From: a virus
Taxonomy: Duplodnaviria; Heunggongvirae; Uroviricota; Caudoviricetes
Virus record (IMG/VR): IMGVR_UViG_2698536369_000023
Strand: one strand, 5' to 3'
Length of the DNA stretch: 35,821 nt
The notes below the pieces were generated by a model. The model searched no databases, had not been told where the DNA came from, and worked only from the letters and a program-made list of their open reading frames with translations. Position 1 is the first letter of the stretch. Every line of letters starts with the position of its first letter. The translations under genes were made by a program, and so were the position numbers. Positions 16,412 through 23,613 of the stretch are shown here, one piece after another.

Positions 16412-16798
16412 CTACTCGTTTGCTTGAGCTTTCGATTCGGCGTCAGATAAAGCATCAATACGAATATTTATGTTTTTTAATAGCTTATTGTCTAGATCGA
16501 TAAGACATTGGTTGTAGTGCGCAATTTGGTCTGGTGTTAGGTTAGGGTTGGCCAGGCAGTTCGTGATGAATTTTCTGGCCGTTTTTATTTCCCTTTTCAT
16601 TCTTACATCATTAAGCGTAGGCAAACCTATGTAAGCGATAAGAAGAATTACCACATGAGATAAGCCGACAGCAGCTCCAGGCGCCAATGATTTGAAGAAG
16701 GCTAATTGAGGAAGCCAGTCAAAAAGGAAATTCAATCCCGCAGTGATAAGGGTGGTAAACCATGCCTGCATTGCCAGGTAGGATTTAGTGTTCGCCAT
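16412..16798 (-). CDS. Unknown cassette protein C: 128 aa, two predicted N-terminal TM helices and a C-terminal soluble/coiled-coil-like tail
   Basis: Third gene of a tightly packed minus-strand operon; hydrophobic stretches AWFTTLITAGLNFLF and GAAVGLSHVVILLIAYIGL; AT-rich by eye; no family recognised. Confidence 0.6.
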   Translation of the reverse strand: MANTKSYLAMQAWFTTLITAGLNFLFDWLPQLAFFKSLAPGAAVGLSHVVILLIAYIGLPTLNDVRMKREIKTARKFITNCLANPNLTPDQIAHYNQCLIDLDNKLLKNINIRIDALSDAESKAQANE

Positions 16799-17044
16799 TC
16801 ACCTTCCTGCACTTGCTTCGTTGCGAGTTTTGAGTTCGCGTAGCAGTAGCGCCAACTCTTCTGCGTCATTTTCGTTTCTAACGCTGACTTTCCTTTTAGC
16901 GGTTCTGCCTTCAGGATCGGTGTAGGTTAGTTCAATATACGCATTCGGCTTTACCCAAACCAAGAACCTAAGCACAGCATATCTGACCGTCGCTGCGACA
17001 GCCATGAATACAGTGATGTAAAGCATAATGCTTAGGATTGACAT
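16799..17044 (-). CDS. Unknown cassette protein B: 81 aa, one N-terminal TM helix and a charged C-terminus
   Basis: Stop abuts the start of gene C; begins 3 nt after the gene A stop; hydrophobic MSILSIMLYITVFMAVAATV. Confidence 0.55.
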   Translation of the reverse strand: MSILSIMLYITVFMAVAATVRYAVLRFLVWVKPNAYIELTYTDPEGRTAKRKVSVRNENDAEELALLLRELKTRNEASAGR

Positions 17045-17047
17045 GAT

Positions 17048-17926
17048 TTAAAGTAGTTTCCTATCTGCCGCCGCTCTGTGGCGTATAACCTTAGTAATAC
17101 TATAGCGTGGTTTAGACAGCGCGCCATTTGTTTCTTTTGTTGTTTCTGTCAGTTCTACAACAAAAAGATCACCCTTACAGAATGCTGCTTGGTTGTGTTC
17201 AACCCGTTCAAGAAAAGCCTCATCTTTCATAGATGCGCTAACTTCTTCGCCATTTGGCAGGATGATATCCCAGCTTTTGCCTTGCTTGAATCGAACATTA
17301 GCAAAATGTACATTAGCTTGGCGTGTCGTTACGTGCGTTTTCTCGACAAAGGTGGATTTTGCAGTTTTAAAACTTACTGCTTCAGCTTGCGTCACCCTGA
17401 CTACCTTATGCTTCTGCTGTGAAACTGAGAACGTGGATGGTTTTTCAGTCTGCAGGGGTTTATAGATTAATTTATCCAGTTCTTTTCGGATGATTGGACT
17501 GGTTATTAATTTTTGAATGTCGTTACTGCATTTAACCTTCTCACCATCCACTTCGATTTCTGCTGTATCTTTTTGTTCATCGACGACAATGGAGCTGATT
17601 TTACGCCCTTTGAGCCATTCGATTATCCCGAGTACGCCACCTGCGGCAACTCCACCACCTGCAACGAGGCCAAGGGCGTTAATAGTTTTTATGCTCCCCA
17701 TCACAGCAACAAGCAAAGTAAATGAACCTTCTTTTGTTGCCTTGATGTTGACTTTCGGCTCTGCTGTTTCGCCATTAATTATTTTTTCGGCGTGTTCAAT
17801 CAGGGCACTAAGAGAGGTTAAGGCTTCGCCTAATGTTTTCGCGTCGATCTGATTATCTGCGTATGCCTCTCCACCGTAGGCAATTTCGATTTCTGTTATT
17901 GGCATGTTTTCGAGTTGCTGCGTCAT
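17048..17926 (-). CDS. Unknown cassette protein A: about 292 aa with an internal glycine-zipper hydrophobic segment and a beta-rich-looking C-terminal half
   Basis: Start placed at ATG 17926 with AAAGGA N8 RBS (the track ORF begins at a GTG at 17959); segment GLVAGGGVAAGGVLGIIEWL; no recognisable family. Confidence 0.6.
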   Translation of the reverse strand: MTQQLENMPITEIEIAYGGEAYADNQIDAKTLGEALTSLSALIEHAEKIINGETAEPKVNIKATKEGSFTLLVAVMGSIKTINALGLVAGGGVAAGGVLGIIEWLKGRKISSIVVDEQKDTAEIEVDGEKVKCSNDIQKLITSPIIRKELDKLIYKPLQTEKPSTFSVSQQKHKVVRVTQAEAVSFKTAKSTFVEKTHVTTRQANVHFANVRFKQGKSWDIILPNGEEVSASMKDEAFLERVEHNQAAFCKGDLFVVELTETTKETNGALSKPRYSITKVIRHRAAADRKLL

Positions 17927-17971
17927 CAAAAGCATCCTTTGCGCAAGAGAAATAGCCACAGGATACAGATA

Positions 17972-18001
17972 ATTATGAAAAAATCACTAACGCGTACGCA
18001 A
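17972..18001 (-). promoter_or_regulatory. Candidate sigma70 promoter for the three-gene cassette
   Basis: Minus-strand -35 TTGCGT (17996-18001), 18-nt spacer, -10 CATAAT (17972-17977), about 45 nt upstream of the proposed start. Eyeball prediction only. Confidence 0.25.
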
Positions 18002-18046
18002 AAACTATCTTAATCTGTTAAGAGTGGTCGCTTCGCCACACAACTT

Positions 18047-18071
18047 AAACCCGCATCAAGCGGGTTTTTTT
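18047..18071 (+). terminator. Plus-strand rho-independent terminator (tR'-like) upstream of the tRNA/lysis region
   Basis: ACCCGC-ATCAA-GCGGGT hairpin followed by 7 T. Confidence 0.65.
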
Positions 18072-18191
18072 GTGCCACTTATCTCGGATAGACATGGTGA
18101 ATGCGCTGGTGGAGGAGATAAGGGTGATTTTTAACCAGGTGATTTTTGAATGCTTGCAACATTGATTTTGTAACGTTATTATCCTGCGCCC

Positions 18192-18267
18192 GGCCCTTTA
18201 GCTCAGTGGTGAGAGCGAGCGACTCATAATCGCCAGGTCGCTGGTTCAAATCCAGCAAGGGCCACCA
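18192..18267 (+). tRNA. tRNA with anticodon CAT (Ile2/Met type)
   Basis: Cloverleaf foldable by eye: acceptor GGCCCTT/AAGGGCC, anticodon loop CTCATAA, T-loop GGTTCAAATCC, 3' CCA encoded. Confidence 0.85.
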
Positions 18268-18268
18268 G

Positions 18269-18345
18269 CCGCCACTAGCTCATCAGGAAAGAGCGTCAAC
18301 CCTTTAAGTTGAGTGTGCGAGGTTCGAGTCCCCGGTGGCGGTCCA
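18269..18345 (+). tRNA. tRNA with atypical anticodon loop CCTTTAA (UUU/Lys by canonical positions, C at position 33)
   Basis: Perfect 7-bp acceptor stem CCGCCAC/GTGGCGG, D-stem GCTC/GAGC, anticodon stem TCAAC/GTTGA, T-loop TTCGAGT, CCA encoded; one A-C mismatch in the T-stem. Confidence 0.6.
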
Positions 18346-18347
18346 GT

Positions 18348-18423
<76 letters not shown>

Positions 18424-18426
18424 TAT

Positions 18427-18501
<75 letters not shown>

Positions 18502-18507
18502 GTTAGA

Positions 18508-18553
18508 GTCTTTCAGTCTGCGATGATGGGAAATCCCGGAGTGACTGAAAGAC
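18508..18553. repeat. Perfect 11-bp inverted repeat (GTCTTTCAGTC / GACTGAAAGAC) with a nested GGGA..TCCC hairpin, just 3' of the tRNA array
   Basis: Read directly from the sequence; could be a processing or termination structure in the late leader. Confidence 0.6.
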
Positions 18554-18562
18554 GTTTAAGTT

Positions 18563-18631
18563 ATGAATGATCGCTTTTTTTTGCAAAATTGCTGTGCAGA
18601 AATACTAACCTTCGGGCAGGCGATCATTCAT
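18563..18631. repeat. Perfect 12-bp inverted repeat (ATGAATGATCGC / GCGATCATTCAT) flanking a T8-containing 45-nt spacer
   Basis: Read directly from the sequence; lies in the leader upstream of the holin gene. Confidence 0.55.
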
Positions 18632-18792
18632 AAGCACTCTGCTTTATTCCGATTAACTGTGGGTGGTTTGTTGGATAGAGTGCTTCCCTTACTGTATATA
18701 TTGTTTCGCCCGCTTTTGCGGTTTTTTCTTTTCAAATCCCTTTCATTTCTCAGTGTAAAACTACGCCATCCGTTATTTGCGGAGGTGAGGCT

Positions 18793-19008
18793 ATGAAATC
18801 CATGGACAAAATTTCAACGGGCATTGCCTACGGCACCTCCGCAGGCAGTGCTGGCTACTGGTTTTTACAGTGGCTTGATCAGGTCAGTCCGTCACAGTGG
18901 GCTGCGATTGGTGTACTGGGGAGTCTGGTTCTGGGCTTCCTGACTTATCTGACAAATCTGTACTTCAAAATCAGAGAAGACAAACGTAAGGCTGCACGGG
19001 GAGAGTAA
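18793..19008 (+). CDS. S: Class II pinholin (phage 21 S21-type) with dual-start motif
   Basis: 71 aa beginning [27 protein letters not shown]...; the two Met codons (M1, M4) fit the antiholin/holin dual start; GGAGGTGAGG RBS. Confidence 0.85.
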   Translation: MKSMDKISTGIAYGTSAGSAGYWFLQWLDQVSPSQWAAIGVLGSLVLGFLTYLTNLYFKIREDKRKAARGE

Positions 19009-19012
19009 TTCA

Positions 19013-19231
19013 ATGACTCAAAAATATGAACTGATTGTGAAAGGGATCCGCAATTTTGAGAATAAAGTTACGGTAATCTTAACGTTACAGGACAACGAAC
19101 GTTTTGCCGGTGAAATTTTTGATCTGAACATCAACCTTGAGCGACTTGAAGGGGCTGGTTTGGATTATTATGAAGTTACTGCGGTAAAACATGCCAAACA
19201 GTTCTTGAGAGATTTGGCTGAAAAAATATAA
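19013..19231 (+). CDS. Hypothetical small protein inserted between holin and endolysin
   Basis: 72-aa ORF with GGGGAGAG N7 ATG RBS, 4 nt after the holin stop; AT-rich by eye; no family recognised. Confidence 0.55.
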   Translation: MTQKYELIVKGIRNFENKVTVILTLQDNERFAGEIFDLNINLERLEGAGLDYYEVTAVKHAKQFLRDLAEKI

Positions 19232-19255
19232 AGCGGCATTACTGCCGCTTAGAAA

Positions 19256-19552
19256 TTATTCAATGTCTGGTAGCTTATCAAAGATTTCAGATACTCTTAT
19301 ATTTGTCATATAAGCAAATTGAGATTCTGCCAGCTCTTTGGGTGATTTTCCCGCTTTTTCTGAGCCAAAAATTGTTTCTAAAGCCAGCATGTTATATTTG
19401 AGAACCTCTTCTCGAGTTTTACCTGATAATTTTGCGGTAACAGCAATATAAAAAGGCAACACTTTATCCAGAAGGTCGTTGTGTTTTGTCAGTTGTGGTA
19501 ATACCACATCAAGTTGCTTACTGATTGGTTTGAATGGATCTATACCGTTCAT
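19256..19552 (-). CDS. Hypothetical protein, convergent with the late operon (moron)
   Basis: 98-aa minus-strand ORF with AAGGGAA N7 ATG RBS; AT-rich by eye; no family recognised. Confidence 0.55.
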   Translation of the reverse strand: MNGIDPFKPISKQLDVVLPQLTKHNDLLDKVLPFYIAVTAKLSGKTREEVLKYNMLALETIFGSEKAGKSPKELAESQFAYMTNIRVSEIFDKLPDIE

Positions 19553-19679
19553 AGTTACATTCCCTTATCAGAGGTAATCAGCCATCCCCCCTTTATTACA
19601 CACGCCAGTATCCACCACTGACGGTCTGAGTGCTTAACATATCTAGAGATTAGAAACTGATAAATCCTGATAAATATCC

Positions 19680-20213
19680 ATGAATGCTAATATCAAATAC
19701 GGCCTGTCAGCAGCCGTTCTGGCGCTGATTGCTGCAGGCGCGTCTGCTCCTCAAATACTCGACCAGTTTCTGGACGAAAAAGAAGGTAACCACACAGCGG
19801 CATACCGCGATGGTTCCGGCATATGGACCATCTGTCGGGGGGCCACGGTGGTGGATGGAAAACCCGTTTTTCCCGGTATGAAACTGTCGAAGGAAAAATG
19901 CGCTCAGGTTAATGCCATTGAGCGTGATAAGGCGCTGGCATGGGTGGAGCGCAATATTAAAGTTCCACTGACCGAGCCACAGAAAGCCGGTATCGCATCA
20001 TTCTGTCCCTATAACATTGGCCCCGGTAAGTGTTTCCCGTCGACGTTTTATAAGCGGCTGAATGCCGGTGATCGTAAGGGTGCATGCGAGGCGATTCGCT
20101 GGTGGATAAAAGATGGTGGGCGCGATTGCCGCATACGTTCAAATAACTGCTATGGACAGGTTATTCGTCGTGACCAGGAAAGCGCATTAGCCTGTTGGGG
20201 GATAGATCAGTGA
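19680..20213 (+). CDS. R: SAR endolysin (T4-lysozyme-like muramidase, R21-type)
   Basis: N-terminal signal-anchor-release segment [15 protein letters not shown] followed by the E...D...T catalytic region ([20 protein letters not shown]). Confidence 0.85.
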   Translation: MNANIKYGLSAAVLALIAAGASAPQILDQFLDEKEGNHTAAYRDGSGIWTICRGATVVDGKPVFPGMKLSKEKCAQVNAIERDKALAWVERNIKVPLTEPQKAGIASFCPYNIGPGKCFPSTFYKRLNAGDRKGACEAIRWWIKDGGRDCRIRSNNCYGQVIRRDQESALACWGIDQ

Positions 20214-20674
20214 GCAGAGTCGCCGCGATTATTTATGCTCTGGTTATCTGCATCATCGTCTGCCTGTCGTGGGCGGTCAATCATTACCGTGATAACGCCA
20301 TTGCCTACAAAGAACAGCGTGATAAAAAAGTCAGTGAGCTGAAGCAGGCGAACGCCACCATCGCTGACATGCAGCAGCGTCAGCGTGATGTTGCTGCGCT
20401 CGATGCAAAGTACTCGAGAGAATTAGCCAATGCGAAAGCTGAAAATGAAACTCTGCGCGCTGATGTTGCCGCTGGTCGTCGTCGGTTGCACATCAAAGCA
20501 GTCTGTCAGTCAGTGCGTGAAGCCACCACCGCCTCCGGCGTGGATAATGCAGTCTCCCCCCGACTGGCAGACACCGCTGAACGGGATTATTTCACCCTCA
20601 GAGAGCGGCTGATGACGATGCAGATGCAACTGGAAGGGGCACAGGAGTATATCCGCACTCAATGCATTAAGTAG
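20210..20674 (+). CDS. Rz: Spanin inner-membrane subunit Rz
   Basis: N-terminal TM segment then coiled-coil region resembling recalled RzpD; start chosen at GTG 20210 overlapping the endolysin stop (an in-frame ATG at 20195 is the alternative). Confidence 0.8.
   Translation: MSRVAAIIYALVICIIVCLSWAVNHYRDNAIAYKEQRDKKVSELKQANATIADMQQRQRDVAALDAKYSRELANAKAENETLRADVAAGRRRLHIKAVCQSVREATTASGVDNAVSPRLADTAERDYFTLRERLMTMQMQLEGAQEYIRTQCIK
20430..20612 (+). CDS. Rz1: Spanin outer-membrane lipoprotein subunit Rz1 (embedded in +1 frame within Rz)
   Basis: 60 aa with lipobox LVVVGC and proline-rich PPPPPAW segment; fully nested inside Rz. Confidence 0.85.
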   Translation: MRKLKMKLCALMLPLVVVGCTSKQSVSQCVKPPPPPAWIMQSPPDWQTPLNGIISPSESG

Positions 20675-20716
20675 CCTTTTTATCGTGGTAAACATTTCGC
20701 AGGGTATGAGGTATTT

Positions 20717-21067
20717 ATGCCATCACGAATCCCACGCGCCTGCCGTAAGCGTGGATGTGCAGGTACAACCACAGACAGTTCTGGTTACTGCGATAAACAT
20801 CGTGGCGAAGGATGGGTACAGCATCAACGCGGACTGAGTCGCCACCAGCGTGGCTATGGCTCGAAATGGGATGCCATACGTGCGCGCATACTGAAGCGTG
20901 ATAATCATCTGTGTCAGAACTGCCTGCGCAATGGGAGAGCCGTTGAAGCCAGAACTGTGGACCACATCATTCCGAAAGCTCATGGTGGCACGGATGCAGA
21001 CAGTAACCTGCAGAGTCTGTGCTGGCTCTGCCATAAAGCAAAAACAGCGCGCGAACGCATCAATTGA
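20717..21067 (+). CDS. HNH homing endonuclease (terminase-associated)
   Basis: Cys pairs plus HNH core (DHIIPKAHGGTDADSNLQSLCWLCH); located directly upstream of the terminase small subunit. Confidence 0.8.
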   Translation: MPSRIPRACRKRGCAGTTTDSSGYCDKHRGEGWVQHQRGLSRHQRGYGSKWDAIRARILKRDNHLCQNCLRNGRAVEARTVDHIIPKAHGGTDADSNLQSLCWLCHKAKTARERIN

Positions 21068-21215
21068 TAACAGTTCCCATCTGTAGGAGAGGGGGCGGGT
21101 CAAATCTCTGCAGCCCTGGCAGCTCAGTACCGCCGCCTGACCCTTCCTCGCATCGCCGCAGGTTCGAAAACTTTTTTTTGGAATGTGATTAAATGATTGA
21201 TAGGTAAAACCGATT

Positions 21216-21698
21216 ATGTCCGGACCCCCGAAAACCCCGCCACGCCTGCATTTGATACGAGGCAACCCCTCAAAGCGCCCCGTTAAAGACCCCAAAAAAA
21301 CCGCTAAAAAGGATGAAAAAGGTCTCCCTAAAATTCCGCAACATTTAGGGTCGCAGGGGAAGTACTGGTTCAGGCGAATGGCGGAAGAACTGAATGCGGA
21401 AGGGATCATTTCTCAGCTTGATGCGCGTGCACTCGAGTTACTGGTGGAAGCCTACACCGAATACCGGCATCACTGCGAAACACTTGATGCTGAGGGTTAT
21501 ACCTACCGCACGGAAACGCAGAACGGTGATGTGCTGATTAAGGCACACCCGGCTGCTGCGATGAAGGCGGATGCCTGGAAGCGGATCCGGGCGATGCTTG
21601 CAGAGTTTGGTATGTCACCGGCAAGCCGGGCCAAAGTAAATATTGCCGGACCGGATGATGTTGATCCGCTGGCGGAGCTTTTAAAAGCGAGAGACTGA
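21216..21698 (+). CDS. Terminase small subunit
   Basis: 160-aa basic N-terminus, directly upstream of and ATGA-overlapping the large terminase. Confidence 0.75.
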   Translation: MSGPPKTPPRLHLIRGNPSKRPVKDPKKTAKKDEKGLPKIPQHLGSQGKYWFRRMAEELNAEGIISQLDARALELLVEAYTEYRHHCETLDAEGYTYRTETQNGDVLIKAHPAAAMKADAWKRIRAMLAEFGMSPASRAKVNIAGPDDVDPLAELLKARD

Positions 21699-23455
21699 TG
21701 GCAAAAGTGGCTGACGGGATCCGCTACGCCGAACGTGTTGTTGCAGGAGAAATTGTTGCTGGCGAATTTGTCCGCCTGGCCTGCCAGCGTTTTCTTGATG
21801 ACCTGAAGTACGGCGAAGAGCGGGGGATTTATTTCAGTGAACCCCGTGCGCAGCACATCCTGAATTTCTACAAATTTGTGCCTCATGTAAAAGGGGCGCT
21901 GGCAGGCCAGCCTATTGAGTTGATGGACTGGCATGTATTTATCCTCATTAATATTTTTGGTTTTGTCATTCCGCTGGTCAATGAAGAGACCGGGGAAGTT
22001 GTCATGCGCAGCGATGGCAGCGGGCGCCCGGTGATGGTGCGCCGGTTCCGGACAGCATACAACGAAGTTGCCCGTAAAAACGCAAAATCAACCCTGTCAT
22101 CGGGTATCGGTCTGTATATGACGGGGGCAGATGGTGAAGGCGGGGCTGAGGTGTATTCAGCCGCAACCACGCGTGACCAGGCCAGAATCGTGTTTGAAGA
22201 CGCCAAAAATATGGTCAGAAAAGCCCGGTCGACACTCGGGCGGTTGTTTGATTTCAACAAGCTGGCGATTTACCAGGAGCAGAGCGCATCAAAATTTGAA
22301 CCGCTTTCCTCGGATGCAAACAACCTGGACGGTCTGAACATCCACTGCGCCATTATTGATGAGCTGCATGCACATAAAACCCGCGACGTGTGGGACGTTC
22401 TGGAAACGGCAACCGGTGCCCGTCTGCAGTCCCTTTTATTTGGTATCACCACGGCTGGCTTTAACAAGGAAGGGATTTGTTACGAGCAACGCGATTACGC
22501 CATCAAGGTATTGCGTGGCTATAACAGCGACGTGGATGGCGCGGTAAAAGACGACTCCTACTTTGCGATTATTTACACCCTCGATGAGGGAGATGATCCG
22601 TTTGATGAAACGGTCTGGCAGAAAGCGAATCCTGGCCTGGGCATCTGTAAACGCTGGGATGATCTGCGTCGTCTGGCGAAAAAAGCGAAGGAACAGGTCT
22701 CTGCGCGGGTGAATTTTTTTACCAAACACATGAATGTGTGGGTCACTGCCGAATCTGCCTGGATGGATATGATTAAGTGGGAGAAGTGCGAATACATCGC
22801 TCCACAGCATGAGCTGAAAACGTATCCCATGTGGGTCGGCGTCGACCTTGCTCATAAGATTGATATCTGTGCGGCGGCAAAACTCTGGCGAACGGATAAC
22901 GGGCATGTTCATGCTGATTTTAAATTCTGGCTTCCGGAAGGGCGACTGGAACGGTGTTCACGGCAGCAGGCAGAACTTTACCGGAAGTGGGCGGAGATGG
23001 ATAAGCTCATCCTGACGGATGGTGATGTTATCGATCATGCTCAGATAAAAAGTGACTTACTGGAATGGATTGGCGGTGAAAACCTCAGGGAACTGGGATT
23101 TGACCCGTGGAGCGCAATGCAGTTCAGCCTGGCACTGGCTGAAGAAGGGATACCGCTGGTGGAGGTTCCGCAGACGGTCCGCAATCTGTCAGAGGCCATG
23201 AAGGAAACGGAATCACTGGTCTATGCCGGGCGTTTCCATCACAGCAATCATCCGGTCATGAACTGGATGATGTCTAACGTTACGGTAAAACCGGACAAAA
23301 ACGACAATATCTTCCCGAATAAATCCACGCCGGAAGCCAAAATCGACGGCCCTGTTGCGCTTTTTACAGCCATGAGCCGCTTTCTGGTAAATGGTGGGGG
23401 CGTGAATGACTTTCTGTCCACGCTTGATCCTGATGAGGACCTGTTAATTCTGTGA
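21698..23455 (+). CDS. Terminase large subunit
   Basis: 585-aa ORF in canonical position between small terminase and portal; ATPase and nuclease regions plausible by eye. Confidence 0.85.
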   Translation: MAKVADGIRYAERVVAGEIVAGEFVRLACQRFLDDLKYGEERGIYFSEPRAQHILNFYKFVPHVKGALAGQPIELMDWHVFILINIFGFVIPLVNEETGEVVMRSDGSGRPVMVRRFRTAYNEVARKNAKSTLSSGIGLYMTGADGEGGAEVYSAATTRDQARIVFEDAKNMVRKARSTLGRLFDFNKLAIYQEQSASKFEPLSSDANNLDGLNIHCAIIDELHAHKTRDVWDVLETATGARLQSLLFGITTAGFNKEGICYEQRDYAIKVLRGYNSDVDGAVKDDSYFAIIYTLDEGDDPFDETVWQKANPGLGICKRWDDLRRLAKKAKEQVSARVNFFTKHMNVWVTAESAWMDMIKWEKCEYIAPQHELKTYPMWVGVDLAHKIDICAAAKLWRTDNGHVHADFKFWLPEGRLERCSRQQAELYRKWAEMDKLILTDGDVIDHAQIKSDLLEWIGGENLRELGFDPWSAMQFSLALAEEGIPLVEVPQTVRNLSEAMKETESLVYAGRFHHSNHPVMNWMMSNVTVKPDKNDNIFPNKSTPEAKIDGPVALFTAMSRFLVNGGGVNDFLSTLDPDEDLLIL

Positions 23456-23613
23456 AACAGCTTATTACTGATATGACCGGGCTGATCGGTTTCGGTTTGC
23501 TCACTGCTGGCGTTTATCTTTATGCAGGTCTGCCAGCGTCTCTGATGCTGTCTGGCTGTTTGTTGCTGCTTTATGCACTGGTGGTGTCCATGAGGAGAAA
23601 ACATGCTTCTTGA
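23452..23613 (+). CDS. Possible small two-TM membrane protein between terminase and portal
   Basis: GTG start overlapping the terminase stop; hydrophobic product; overlaps the portal start by 11 nt. Speculative. Confidence 0.25.
   Translation: MKQLITDMTGLIGFGLLTAGVYLYAGLPASLMLSGCLLLLYALVVSMRRKHAS

Noticed and set aside
16400-18190. Expectation of Shiga toxin, other known virulence cargo, or an IS element in the Q-to-lysis interval
   Set aside because: No A/B5 toxin-like ORFs, transposase or terminal inverted repeats are present; the interval instead carries the unassigned three-gene cassette and tRNAs.
18563-18796. 77-aa plus-strand ORF upstream of the holin
   Set aside because: It spans the inverted-repeat leader, has a Leu/Phe-rich low-complexity translation and no RBS; more likely untranslated leader RNA.
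20723-21409. 228-aa minus-strand ORF opposite HNH and small terminase
   Set aside because: Antisense to two supported genes and crossing the intergenic cos-candidate region; Cys/Gly/Arg-rich spurious-looking translation.
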